From: Candidatus Micrarchaeia archaeon
GTDB lineage: Archaea; Micrarchaeota; Micrarchaeia; CAILAH01
NCBI GenBank assembly: GCA_038874595.1
Contig: JAVZCB010000002.1
Coordinates: 1 to 64,000 of the forward strand
Direction of reading: 5' to 3'
Length of the DNA stretch: 64,000 nucleotides
The translations under genes were made by a program, and so were the position numbers. This document shows positions 28,987 to 38,964 of this stretch, piece by piece; position 1 is the first letter of the stretch, and every line of letters starts with the position of its first letter. The notes below the pieces were generated by a model. The model searched no databases. It was given only the letters and a program-made list of their open reading frames with translations, and had not been told where the DNA came from.

Positions 28987-30891
28987 CTATGCAACCCTAA
29001 ACCCGTCCAGGTTCATGGGCGCACGGGCCTCTGTCTTAAATATATAGCCGAGTGTGTGTGCCATATCCTCACATTTGCCCTGCTCGCCGTGCATCGTGAA
29101 TATGTTCCTGTAATTCTGGCGCATATCCCTCACGAATGCTATAAGCTGCCGGCGGTCGGAGTGGCCTGAGAACCCTTCTATGGTCTTGTGTTGTATGTTA
29201 AGCTGGAGGTTTCGTATCCTACCGTTCTCATCAGACACCTGGAGCTCCTTCTCACCGTTCTGTATCCTTCTTCCAATGGATGTCGGGGACTGGTAGCCTA
29301 CAAAGAAGAGTGCATTCTTTGGGTTCTCCGCCATCATCTTGAGATATTCAAAAGATGGGCCACCTGTAAGCATACCGGAGGGTGCAAGTATAATGCACGG
29401 GTCACCATCAACAATATCCTGCCTGTTCTTTTTCACGGGCTCGAATATCGGTGATTCAAATGGTGACTCATCTGAAAGTATCCTGCGCTGGATCCCCTTC
29501 TTCAGGTACTCTGGGTATGCTGTATGGAACGCTGTCGTCTCAAGAATCATCCCATCAAGATAAACTTTGTATGGAAAATCTGCTTCCTTGCCGCGGACGA
29601 ATTTCTCTAAAGTTAGCATTACTTCCTGTGACCGCCCAACTGAAAACACCGGGATAAGCACCTTGCCACCATTTTTCAAAGTGGCCATTGCGGAATCCCA
29701 TAGGTTCTGGTCCCTCTCATACGAGCGCGGCATTACGTCATTCTTTGCACCGTACGTGCTCTCAATGAATAGCGTCTCAACACGCGGGAACAAAGTGTCT
29801 GCTGGCTCAAATAATGTGGATGGTGTATAACGGATGTCTCCTGAATATACAAGGTTGTGCTTGCCGTTGCCTATGTGCAAATGCACTGTTGCACTCCCAA
29901 GTATGTGGCCGGCGTTCCTGAACGTGAGCTTCATGTGTGGTGTAATATCTGTAACTTCGTTGTAGTTCCGTGTTATCGTATGTGCCACCGTCTTCCGCAC
30001 ATCCGAATCTGAATATGGTGGCTCCTTGCCTGTCATGTTGAGCACTTTTATGATATCAAACTGTAGAAGAGTCATAAGGTCACGTGTCGGGGGTGTGCAA
30101 AACACTGGGCCGTCATACCCAAGCTTGAAGAGATACGGTAGGAAACCGCTGTGGTCAGTGTGCGCGTGTGAAATTATAACTGCATCAATATCCTCAATCG
30201 TGAGGCCCATACTGCTCAAGTATGGGTATGCACGGTTAGGGTCGGTTGTATCGTTGTTCATCCCTACATCTATGAGCACGTTCTCCTTGTTTGTCTGCAC
30301 AAGAAGGCAGGAGCGCCCTATCTCCTTGAATGCACCGAGCGCGACCGCTTTCACCCATTCAATATCACCCTCCGCCTGTGTTACGTTGACCTTTTTGCCG
30401 AAGTTTCCAAGGAAACGCTTACGCTCACCCGCAGACTGCGCCTCCGAGCCGCGGATGCCTCTTATGATGTTAGATGGAATTGTAGGTGACCGCTGGACAC
30501 GCGCACTCCACCCTGTCTTTATCATAATCTCTTTGAGGTTTGCTCCCCCTTTGCCTATCACAAGGCCTGGCTTGAGCGCGTTTATCACTATCTCCCCAAA
30601 CTCTGGGATGAACGTAATATCATTCTCGCCTACGCCTGCCTCTTCAGGGATTAGGCTGCGCACAAGTGCTAGAGTCTCCTCAGGTGGCTTGCGCACGGGA
30701 GCGTCACAGCGCACAAGGATTTTCTTGCGCAGGCCGCGCGAGAGGTTCTTCATCGTCTCCTCGTTCTCATAAAAAGGGGCTGGGTCTGTTAAATAAATCG
30801 CCACATCCGGCCCTTCAAGCTCTATCTTTACAAGGCCGCACGCGGGCGGCAGCAGCTCTTCTGCCTTCTTCTTAAGTTCTGCTTTATCCAT
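28987..30891 (-). CDS. beta-CASP ribonuclease aCPSF1 (FttA)
   Basis: N-terminal KH (KPGLVIGKGG), HAHTDH, GHILGS, ESTYG, FSGHSD; downstream of psmB. Confidence 0.93.
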   Translation of the reverse strand: MDKAELKKKAEELLPPACGLVKIELEGPDVAIYLTDPAPFYENEETMKNLSRGLRKKILVRCDAPVRKPPEETLALVRSLIPEEAGVGENDITFIPEFGEIVINALKPGLVIGKGGANLKEIMIKTGWSARVQRSPTIPSNIIRGIRGSEAQSAGERKRFLGNFGKKVNVTQAEGDIEWVKAVALGAFKEIGRSCLLVQTNKENVLIDVGMNNDTTDPNRAYPYLSSMGLTIEDIDAVIISHAHTDHSGFLPYLFKLGYDGPVFCTPPTRDLMTLLQFDIIKVLNMTGKEPPYSDSDVRKTVAHTITRNYNEVTDITPHMKLTFRNAGHILGSATVHLHIGNGKHNLVYSGDIRYTPSTLFEPADTLFPRVETLFIESTYGAKNDVMPRSYERDQNLWDSAMATLKNGGKVLIPVFSVGRSQEVMLTLEKFVRGKEADFPYKVYLDGMILETTAFHTAYPEYLKKGIQRRILSDESPFESPIFEPVKKNRQDIVDGDPCIILAPSGMLTGGPSFEYLKMMAENPKNALFFVGYQSPTSIGRRIQNGEKELQVSDENGRIRNLQLNIQHKTIEGFSGHSDRRQLIAFVRDMRQNYRNIFTMHGEQGKCEDMAHTLGYIFKTEARAPMNLDGFRVA

Positions 30892-30941
30892 CTAAAATGC
30901 ACCTCAAGTGATTGAATTAGTGTTTATAATAACCCAAAAGA

Positions 30942-31571
30942 TTAGTGGGAAGAAAGAAAGGATTGGACCTCCTCCTTAGAATACGCCCTGTACCCCTTAG
31001 AGGTTATTGAGACGAGCGCAATACCGTCCCCTGTTGCAATATCGCGCTTCATCGCAATTGCGATGGCGCGCGCAGCTATCGGCAGCAAATCTTCAACTTT
31101 CATATCCTCCTTGTAAACGCTTTCAAGGTATCCAAGCGCTGTCGGGGAACCGCTGCCTGTGGACGTACACTTCTCTGAAGTTACTCCACCAACCGGGTCC
31201 AAGTTATATATGGAGCCTCCCTTCTCATCATAACCTGCAACCAAGAGCTGCACTAGGAATGGGAAGAATTTCTGCTGGAACAGGATGTTTGAGAGAAGTG
31301 TTGAGACGCCTTTAACAGGCATCGGTTGATTATTCTGAAGCCTGAATATTTTGAGCTCTGCCTGCATATAGCGTACGAGCGCCTGCGCATCACCAACACT
31401 GCCTGCAATTGTCATGCCAACGTGGTCATCAAGCTTGTGAATCTTCTCAACTTCCCTATTGGCTATGAAATAGCCCATGCTGGCGCGCATATCAGCTGCA
31501 AGCACCACTCCATCCCTACCAACTAACCCTACGGTAGTTGTGCCTTTCTTCGGGTCAAAATTCTGCTCCAT
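30942..31571 (-). CDS. psmB: Proteasome subunit beta
   Basis: KGTTTVG propeptide junction, AADMRA, AGSVGDAQ, TGSGS. Confidence 0.95.
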   Translation of the reverse strand: MEQNFDPKKGTTTVGLVGRDGVVLAADMRASMGYFIANREVEKIHKLDDHVGMTIAGSVGDAQALVRYMQAELKIFRLQNNQPMPVKGVSTLLSNILFQQKFFPFLVQLLVAGYDEKGGSIYNLDPVGGVTSEKCTSTGSGSPTALGYLESVYKEDMKVEDLLPIAARAIAIAMKRDIATGDGIALVSITSKGYRAYSKEEVQSFLSSH

Positions 31572-31660
31572 CAAAAATCACCATGCTTTCTATAAGCCAA
31601 TCAAATGCTTACAGAGTAATTAGCTGTATGAATAGAAAAAGAAAAACTTAAAAACGTTTT

Positions 31661-33277
31661 TTATTGCGATTTGCCCTGTTTGTAAGTAAAACTTATTTTC
31701 CAACCTTTCAGAGCATCATCTTTTGTTTCTATAGAGGAAGTTGTCCAATAATCCCAACCATTACTATTCCCACTATATTCACTTTTACCGCCACTGTCTC
31801 TTATTACAGTGTATTTATCAATAACAGAAATGCTCGCCCATTTCTCAGCTAATGTATACCCTGGTGCAACTTCCCAGACGCGGACCATATACTCGCCTAT
31901 ACGAGCGACACCTTCATCAACACTAACAACACCTTTGGCTATGCTTTCCCCAGTGCTGTTTACTATTTCTAACACTGCTGCATCTGCACGGTTGCCACTT
32001 GCAGGTACCAAATCCTTAACTAAAAGAAGGTTGCCATCACCAAGGTCAAGTTGATCAGAAATGTGCAGCAATTGGTATTTCTTCTCTGTTACCAACTCAA
32101 CACTTTTATCATCGGCCTTTGAGAGTATCATCTCACTATCTAAATACATAACCCTTTTGCGAAGGTGCACATCACTAAAAGGTATTGCATACTTAAAACT
32201 GCTGGCGTGCTCAACAAGCAAGCGATTACCACCACAATTTGTACCCTGCGCAGAACCAATGGATGCCCATACATTCTCTATATACTGCTCATTGTCTGTG
32301 CCCATATAACCCATTTTATACGTTGATGTTTCAGCACTCAACTCTTGTGTTGGCCAGCATGAATCAACACTTGATACTATACCCAACTTGGCCCATCTGT
32401 TACCTAATGTATATCCTAGGCCTACCTCTTCTACATATATTTTGTACACCTGCCCATTCACTGAAACTTCATGGATACAGCTTAAACCAAGAGAAGCTTC
32501 CTTAAGCAAGACGCCATCCTTATCAACAATGTTTACAACTACCTGCGTTTCTTCCGGGTTGGCCGTAGCTAATATGTCCTTAAGCATTAACCTCCTGCCA
32601 TTATCCAAAGGAAGCGATTCACCTATATGCAGCATACCGTTTGCACTCAAGTTTATTGCCGTTGATGGGAATTCACATGTACTTTTAATAGGCGTCACAT
32701 CTTCCTTTATTAATTGCAGTGATTTATCACTCGCGAACACTGCTTTTTTTGCAGTAAGTGTGTACCCTGCAATAACCGAGCAGCATTCAAGCACCTGCTC
32801 AACACCATCAGGATTCACCACCGTAATTGAATCTCCAACACCTACAACTGCCTCTTTTGCATTGTCTCTTCCAGCATACCAAAGCTTGAGCACGGCCTTG
32901 CTTTTTTCATTATTGGTATTAATTATATCCTCTAAATACGCGATAACATCATTCTCAAGCTTCATAAAATTTCCCATATCCATCGTTGCAGTTTTATCCT
33001 CCTTACTAAAATCAATCTTTGAAGTGCCGGGGCAAAACTTAAACTTAGGCTCTTCATTATCATTTACTACTTTAACTATTGGTGTCTTCTGCTCTGGCAC
33101 ATTTACCTCCACATAGGGTGTGGCTTCATCGGCACATTGGACTGCCATCAGGCCGGAGGCAAGCACGGCAACCTTTAAAAATCTCTTTGTGCTCTCCTTC
33201 ACATTGTTCCATGCCTTAAAAACATACCCGTCATCCTTCGGGATGCTGGTTATTTTTTCTGGTTTGTAATTTTTCAT
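31661..33277 (-). CDS. S-layer-like surface lipoprotein with three internal repeats
   Basis: Lipobox-like AVQC after hydrophobic stretch; repeated motif V..GYTL..(K/R)(K/W)A x3. Confidence 0.6.
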   Translation of the reverse strand: MKNYKPEKITSIPKDDGYVFKAWNNVKESTKRFLKVAVLASGLMAVQCADEATPYVEVNVPEQKTPIVKVVNDNEEPKFKFCPGTSKIDFSKEDKTATMDMGNFMKLENDVIAYLEDIINTNNEKSKAVLKLWYAGRDNAKEAVVGVGDSITVVNPDGVEQVLECCSVIAGYTLTAKKAVFASDKSLQLIKEDVTPIKSTCEFPSTAINLSANGMLHIGESLPLDNGRRLMLKDILATANPEETQVVVNIVDKDGVLLKEASLGLSCIHEVSVNGQVYKIYVEEVGLGYTLGNRWAKLGIVSSVDSCWPTQELSAETSTYKMGYMGTDNEQYIENVWASIGSAQGTNCGGNRLLVEHASSFKYAIPFSDVHLRKRVMYLDSEMILSKADDKSVELVTEKKYQLLHISDQLDLGDGNLLLVKDLVPASGNRADAAVLEIVNSTGESIAKGVVSVDEGVARIGEYMVRVWEVAPGYTLAEKWASISVIDKYTVIRDSGGKSEYSGNSNGWDYWTTSSIETKDDALKGWKISFTYKQGKSQ

Positions 33278-33411
33278 GAGCTTTTTAGAAAAAATTAGTA
33301 TTTAAAAACATTTTGATTATGCTGTCAAACTATTTAAGAAAGACAACAAAAATCACATCCAGCTATTTTTTTAGCAGAGGAAAAGCAAAAAAAATGAGTT
33401 GGGTAAGTACT

Positions 33412-34818
33412 TTAATAATCTCCTACTGATTCATCTTCGCTGGTTGATGATGGGTTCCACGTATAGTTATATTTAACATACCACTCGGTTACCCCGCCAT
33501 CATTTCGATTTGTTGTGAAGATATATTCATAATCCCAATCGCCTTTCTTGCCTTTTTCAAAAACTTTTCCTTCAACCAAGGTTATCGGCGCACTTACAAC
33601 AGCTATTTCTGCGGTGCTTATGCCCGGGTAGTTTGGATCAATCTCAACACTATAAATGCGAATAAAGTAATTGCCAATTTTACCCAGCTCACCGCTATTA
33701 ATCGTGCCTTTCGCAACCTCTGTGTTTGTGGAATCCACTACTTTTATGACTGCAACTGGTGGCTGGCCGTTTGTTCCTTCTGATATGCTCTCTATCTCAA
33801 TCTTGTTACCGCTATTATCAGGCACAACAAGCCGTTCCTTAACAAAGAGCCGGCCATTATAAATTATTTCTTTGTAAAGCGTTATGCTGTTCTCGGTAAC
33901 TTCATAGAGGTTAAAAAATTTGCGGCTCCAATTGATAAAGAAAAACAGTGCTGTCGCATGCCCATACGCTTTAATAGTAAGGGGTCCGCCAAACTCAGTC
34001 CTGACTTGAACAAGCAACTTATCTATACACGTGTACCCTCCATCCGGAAAGTAGCCATCAACATATCCATATGTTTCATACATTATCTGCCGATTTCCGT
34101 CCTTCATCACGTTTAAGAACGGGAAATCATCATACGTTCTATCAGATAATTCACACCTATCAATAACACTAGTGTCTGGCACGCCGCCTGTATCGGAATC
34201 CAACACATCTCCAGCATCAGAAACGTCCTCTGAATTGACGTCTTTAACATCTATATCTGGTAGTGCCCCGCCATCACTTGAAACATCGTCAACATCGGTA
34301 TCTGGTAGTGCCCCGCCATCACTTGAAATATCGTCAACATTATTATCTGGTAGTGCCCCGCCATCACTTGAAATATCGTCAACATCGGTATCTGGTAGTG
34401 CCCCGCCATCACTTGAAACATCGTCAACATCGGTATCTGGTAGTGCCCCGCCATCGCTTGAAACATCGTCAACATTAGTATCTGATGGCCTTCCTTTATC
34501 CGCTGAATCACTAACATCCGCAACTTTTATATCTGCTGGTGAATTTGCACCTTGCTGTGGGTTCTCACCACAATTAGTCAGAGTATTGAAAACAATGGCT
34601 GCGGTAAGAAGAGCTGTTGCCAACGCCCTTTTTCCTTTCTTTAGTGCACTAACACCTGCATTCTCTTCAGATTTTTCGTGTGGTTTTTTTGTATTCTCCC
34701 CTGCAATCTCGCAAGCGTTCTCATATGGCTGCTGCTTATGCATTTTTGCAAAAGCTTTCCAATTCTTACGGCATCTTTCAATCTTAGCATTTTCATTAGA
34801 TGGTTTGTATGTTCTCAT
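33412..34818 (-). CDS. S-layer-like surface lipoprotein with acidic 15-aa repeat stalk
   Basis: Hydrophobic stretch + TNC; DTDVDDVSSDGGALP x5; C-terminal domain similar to the neighbour 31661-33277. Confidence 0.6.
   Translation of the reverse strand: MRTYKPSNENAKIERCRKNWKAFAKMHKQQPYENACEIAGENTKKPHEKSEENAGVSALKKGKRALATALLTAAIVFNTLTNCGENPQQGANSPADIKVADVSDSADKGRPSDTNVDDVSSDGGALPDTDVDDVSSDGGALPDTDVDDISSDGGALPDNNVDDISSDGGALPDTDVDDVSSDGGALPDIDVKDVNSEDVSDAGDVLDSDTGGVPDTSVIDRCELSDRTYDDFPFLNVMKDGNRQIMYETYGYVDGYFPDGGYTCIDKLLVQVRTEFGGPLTIKAYGHATALFFFINWSRKFFNLYEVTENSITLYKEIIYNGRLFVKERLVVPDNSGNKIEIESISEGTNGQPPVAVIKVVDSTNTEVAKGTINSGELGKIGNYFIRIYSVEIDPNYPGISTAEIAVVSAPITLVEGKVFEKGKKGDWDYEYIFTTNRNDGGVTEWYVKYNYTWNPSSTSEDESVGDY
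34246..34484. repeat. 45-bp in-frame coding tandem repeat (~5 copies)
   Basis: TATCTGGTAGTGCCCCGCCATCACTTGAAACATCGTCAACATCGG, period 45. Confidence 0.95.
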
Positions 34819-34894
34819 GTATTAACCTAAAATGCTAAGATATATTAAGTTTTCTCTGCAACAGCTTTTGCCTCACACCTGGGTTCAAAAAAAG

Positions 34895-35440
34895 CTACTC
34901 TTTTCCTAATGCACCGCCAGTATCTTTCGCTTTAGGGGGCCTGCTTCTTGCATCATCAATAAGCGCAAGCCACGATTCGCCTATCTTGTTCAAGTAATTC
35001 CCAAAGGTCTTACTTAAGGAGATAACCATGGGACGGTACTTCTGCTTGCTATGCTCTGCACTTATAGTTTCACGCTCTACCTTAACAAGGCCGACGCGCT
35101 TTAAGCGGGGGAGGACACGGTTATAGAATGTGGCCTTTGAAATTGAGTTCACCTTGATAAAGTTTGATATCTCCTTACCTTCCATCTTATGTACCTGCAT
35201 AAGCTCTTTCATAAAAACAAGTGATATCTCGTGATATGTGGGCTGGTATTTTTTAGGAAACACAAAGTTGAGAAGCTCTTCGAGGGACCAATAATTCCTG
35301 AGAGGTGACTCATTGTCATCCTGGAACTTTCGGAGCTCGGGCGAATAGTGCGGTGGGAGGTAAAAAGACTCCTTGCTCGGGATGCCCCGGGTTGCAATCG
35401 CTCTTTTTAATTTATATTCAGTTTGTAGCGCCTCCTCCAT
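34895..35440 (-). CDS. Hypothetical protein with probable winged HTH
   Basis: ISKATFYNRVLPRLKRVGLV. Confidence 0.6.
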   Translation of the reverse strand: MEEALQTEYKLKRAIATRGIPSKESFYLPPHYSPELRKFQDDNESPLRNYWSLEELLNFVFPKKYQPTYHEISLVFMKELMQVHKMEGKEISNFIKVNSISKATFYNRVLPRLKRVGLVKVERETISAEHSKQKYRPMVISLSKTFGNYLNKIGESWLALIDDARSRPPKAKDTGGALGKE

Positions 35441-35482
35441 ATCTCTATATCACGCTCCGAATTTATAAATATTTGAAGTTAA

Positions 35483-35713
35483 ATGAGTGTTATGTCAAGT
35501 GAAGGCGGGCTGTACAAGGAATCCCAAAAAGAAGAAAAGAGAAAAGGGGATGTTTTCAAGGAAAAGGAGATTCTTAGGGAATCAAAAAAAGAGCACGCCT
35601 ACAAGGCACATGCTAAAAGATTGTCAAACAAGGAAATATTCTCCATGCTCTCGGGGTTCAAGAAGAAATGGGTGAAAGGCCTGCTCGGAGCGCTGAGAAA
35701 ACTGCTCGGCTAA
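35483..35713 (+). CDS. Small basic hypothetical protein
   Basis: 76-aa ORF downstream of TTTATAAA. Confidence 0.45.
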   Translation: MSVMSSEGGLYKESQKEEKRKGDVFKEKEILRESKKEHAYKAHAKRLSNKEIFSMLSGFKKKWVKGLLGALRKLLG

Positions 35714-35773
35714 AAATAACGAGCAGGGAAATTACGAAAGGGCGTCTCGCTTTGTTTTAATATGTGCATTGCA

Positions 35774-36352
35774 TTATGTTAAGAATTTCTTTTTCAGCTT
35801 ATCAATAGCGGCCTTGACAGCAACTTTCTCATCGACCGTTATATTTTCATCTTTCAGGACAAGCTCTGCATACATCTCATCAAAAAAGCTAAGCGTCGAT
35901 TCCTTATCCTTCTCAAACGCGCGCCTAAACCAGGCAACGGCCTCATCCTCATTTTCAAGCATTACATAACAGAGACCTATCAGGCAGGCGGCATGGTAAT
36001 CCATGCCCTTAAGAAACGCCTCGTTAAGCGCCTTTATCGCATCCGAGAACCTGAACATCTTTATGAAAACGTATGCCTTGCCCATAAGAGGCTCAACAAG
36101 ATTTATGTCCAGCTTGGAGGCCATATCAAAGGCAAGCAATGCCTCCTCGTATTTCTCCATCTTAAAAAGCGTCATCCCCTTCATATACCATGCGAGGCCC
36201 TGCTTTGGGTCAAGCTTGGTTGCATCCTCATATTTCTCCAAAGCCTCCTTGTATTCACCGCGCTCGTACATCTCATTTGAGTGTGCAACCAACCCTTCAT
36301 ATGCATTGTCAACCGCATCCTGCTTGTTGTCGCCACTATCCTGGGAGGACAT
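35774..36352 (-). CDS. Tetratricopeptide repeat protein
   Basis: Several TPR-like units (AWYMKG..L...EKYEEAL.AFD.A). Confidence 0.85.
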   Translation of the reverse strand: MSSQDSGDNKQDAVDNAYEGLVAHSNEMYERGEYKEALEKYEDATKLDPKQGLAWYMKGMTLFKMEKYEEALLAFDMASKLDINLVEPLMGKAYVFIKMFRFSDAIKALNEAFLKGMDYHAACLIGLCYVMLENEDEAVAWFRRAFEKDKESTLSFFDEMYAELVLKDENITVDEKVAVKAAIDKLKKKFLT

Positions 36353-36404
36353 AACCCTTATTCTGCGGGAATGTTTAAATACATTGGAGGGCAAAAGCGC
36401 TACT

Positions 36405-36689
36405 ATGCATTGCAGGAGGCATGAGTATAAAGGAAAGGTTGTGTTTGCGCTGTGTGACAAGGACCTAATAGGCAAAAAGCTTGAGGAAGGAAGCATTGTG
36501 CTTGACCTTGATAAGTATAGGAATTTTTACATTGGTGATGACCTTGAATCGTTTGATGGCACATTTGAATCCATAAACGCGGTGGGTGAAAAAAGCACAA
36601 CCTTCCTTATCGAGAAGGGAATAGCGGCAAAAAAAGATTTGAAATATATAGCGGGCGTGCCAATTTTACAAGTGTACAAAATAAAGTAA
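36405..36689 (+). CDS. DUF424 family protein
   Basis: ALCDKDLIGK, NFY.G, INAVGE, I.GVP. Confidence 0.8.
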   Translation: MHCRRHEYKGKVVFALCDKDLIGKKLEEGSIVLDLDKYRNFYIGDDLESFDGTFESINAVGEKSTTFLIEKGIAAKKDLKYIAGVPILQVYKIK

Positions 36690-36756
36690 AAACATAATTA
36701 TGTGCTGGATTCTTTCTTGATCCACACAAGTTTTACAAATGTGCAAAATAAAGTAA
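36664..36756. repeat. 26-bp direct repeat of the DUF424 3' end flanking a 41-bp hairpin spacer
   Basis: TTTTACAAGTGTACAAAATAAAGTAA (36664) vs TTTTACAAATGTGCAAAATAAAGTAA (36731). Confidence 0.8.
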
Positions 36757-36889
36757 GTTGGGCAGTTAATAAGATTTCCCCTTATTAAGCAGCATAAGGA
36801 GATATACCACGAGCACGATATGGTTACCAAACTATTCCTGTTTTGCTCTGGGCTGGCAATCCTGCTGCAAGTGCTGTGCGGTCTTCACT

Positions 36890-37354
36890 CTATTCCTGCT
36901 TTCCTTTAAGCATTGATGATATTACAGGAACATCTATATCCTCGCCAAGTGCCGCCTTATATCCAACATAAATCCCATAGAGCCATACAACCCAGCCAAG
37001 GAATAACATCCAGAATAACACGCTCACTGCCCAAAGCATGGCAGACTGCTTGCAATGAAACACTGTGCGCTCTTCTTTATTTAGCAGGTATAGTATGAGC
37101 GAGCCGAGCGGGAAAAAGAAATATGCAAGGAAAATGTCCCATCTCCCTGCCGGTGCGCTTTTTTCCTCCCCTGGCTTTTTTAGGTCCTCAGCAAGCCCCT
37201 TTGACATCTCGGCTGGCACAACCATCTCGCTCTCACCTGTATCGTGCCTAAGCTTATTTTTCTCGTCTTCAAGGAACTTGCCAGCTATTTTCGGCTTTGC
37301 CTCTTTTGGCTCGGTTTTCTTGAAATCTGTCTTTTTCTTAAATGTGTCCACCAT
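36890..37354 (-). CDS. DUF4870-like membrane protein
   Basis: LAY...G....., FHCKQS, Y.GYKA..GE...VPVI. Confidence 0.7.
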   Translation of the reverse strand: MVDTFKKKTDFKKTEPKEAKPKIAGKFLEDEKNKLRHDTGESEMVVPAEMSKGLAEDLKKPGEEKSAPAGRWDIFLAYFFFPLGSLILYLLNKEERTVFHCKQSAMLWAVSVLFWMLFLGWVVWLYGIYVGYKAALGEDIDVPVISSMLKGKQE

Positions 37355-37362
37355 CCAACCAC

Positions 37363-37719
37363 CTATAACAACTTTAAGTGTTTTGTAAGAGGGTCAATAT
37401 CAGATGATTTTGCAGGGCCGATTGCAAGTGCAGTTATGGTACCCGGCTCAAGCTGCGTAAGGCCAGCATCCTGTATGAGTGCACACGGCAGGCCCGCTTT
37501 CCTTGCTAAGGTAAAAATTGATTGCATCTCTGCAAGAGAGGCCTTTACTGCAATCTTTTTCTCGCCCTGTAGTTTCCAGTCAGATACAGTGCGCGGCGTG
37601 CTTCTGGCTGCATCCTCAAACGCACGCACAGCTGCGTGGCACGCCTGCGCAACCGCTTTCCCCTTTCCCATCTGAAGGTCACTACGGATAATTATCACTT
37701 GCTTTATCTCATCAAGCAT
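37363..37719 (-). CDS. pth2: Peptidyl-tRNA hydrolase Pth2
   Basis: KQVIIIRSDL.MGKGK.VAQACHA, DAGLTQL.PGT.T.LAIGP. Confidence 0.95.
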   Translation of the reverse strand: MLDEIKQVIIIRSDLQMGKGKAVAQACHAAVRAFEDAARSTPRTVSDWKLQGEKKIAVKASLAEMQSIFTLARKAGLPCALIQDAGLTQLEPGTITALAIGPAKSSDIDPLTKHLKLL

Positions 37720-37764
37720 ACAGGAATCATTCTGCACTAAGTGTTAAATACATTTCAGAATGCA

Positions 37765-38763
37765 ATGATAAGGATGGAAGACATACGAGGGCTTGTCGAA
37801 GAGCTTCAAAAGGCCGAGCAGGCACGCATAAGCACTGCAAAGGAGCTACTAAAAATTGATGGGATAAAGGCTAAATGCGCAAACACGAATAGTGAAATTA
37901 ATATTAGGGTTGGGGCTGTTGATACGAGCATTATCCTGCAGGAGTTCCATGCGTTTGACCTTATGATAACAAAAACTGTTGGGGTTGTGTTTGAATACCA
38001 AAATGGGAGATTGAAAAGCCACGAGTATATACCTTCGCCGATGCCAAAGGAAAAGCTGCACGTTCACGGCTCAATGGACTTGATGGAGCTTGGGAATTAT
38101 AAGAGCATTGTGCGGCTGAAAGAGGAGATTTCGCTCGCAATCAGGATTGCTGAAAAGTGCGACCTCCTTTTGCTTGATGGATCGCTCGTTCCTCTCCCAG
38201 GTGATAAGCCATCATCAAAAGAGCTAAGAAAGGAATATGACGAATTGCTCGCGCTTTATAGGGAGCTGTTCTCAAAATATGAAAGCAAAATCGTAGGTGT
38301 AATTAAGGATTCACGAAGCAAGAGGCTTATGGAGGAATACTCCACACTTATTGATAGCTCTGTGATGTGCAATTCAACTGACAGCACACTGCTTGACCTG
38401 ATGCTTGAAAAAGGTGAGATGAGCAGGGTGCTTTCATACTCAAAGGACCCTAAAAGCAATGGTGTGCTGAAAGACCTCCTACCATATTCGGAGAGATTGA
38501 ATTGCGTGTACATCAAGCCTGGAAAGAATGACCGGCCAGTGCGGATTGAGATGTTTGGTAATGGGGAGGGTGTAATTGATAAGGTATATGCATTATGTGA
38601 TATAAACGATAACTATTCTTACCCCGCCGTACTTATTGATGTTGACCTGCGCGCGCTGATGGACCCCAGGAATGTTGAGAGGATATACAGGGAGATTGAG
38701 GTTGCACCTTACCTGAAAGATGTGCGCGCGCTCAGAAGGAACTCGCGGCCGTTCAGGACCTAG
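37765..38763 (+). CDS. nurA: NurA-family nuclease
   Basis: AVD.S, E, LLDGSL, G..K.S, YP..L..VD motifs. Confidence 0.8.
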   Translation: MIRMEDIRGLVEELQKAEQARISTAKELLKIDGIKAKCANTNSEINIRVGAVDTSIILQEFHAFDLMITKTVGVVFEYQNGRLKSHEYIPSPMPKEKLHVHGSMDLMELGNYKSIVRLKEEISLAIRIAEKCDLLLLDGSLVPLPGDKPSSKELRKEYDELLALYRELFSKYESKIVGVIKDSRSKRLMEEYSTLIDSSVMCNSTDSTLLDLMLEKGEMSRVLSYSKDPKSNGVLKDLLPYSERLNCVYIKPGKNDRPVRIEMFGNGEGVIDKVYALCDINDNYSYPAVLIDVDLRALMDPRNVERIYREIEVAPYLKDVRALRRNSRPFRT

Positions 38764-38837
38764 GGCTCCGAGAGAGTTCAGAATGAAAGCGCATATTTTT
38801 AGCAAAAAAGCTTATAAATGTTCTTTGGGAAAGTATT

Positions 38838-38918
38838 CCGTAGCTCCACTCCGAGTTGCGGCCATAGTGGTCGCCAAAACGCCACCGCCAGTCCCGATGG
38901 ACTGGCCTAATTCTTTTT
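38838..38918 (+). ncRNA. Candidate small structured RNA (three hairpins + U-tract)
   Basis: BRE/TATA AAAAAGCTTATAAA at 38804-38818; hairpins 38838-38861, 38867-38885, 38887-38906; T-tract 38911-38918. Confidence 0.45.
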
Positions 38919-38964
38919 AATGGCTTTGCATTAGCGTTAGCCTTACACACAGGCAAGACGCTGG

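Noticed and set aside
38856-38900. Resemblance of GCGGCCATAG..GG...TCCCGA to the 5' half of 5S rRNA
   Set aside because: No helix I partner or 3' half follows, and the segment folds into local hairpins instead.
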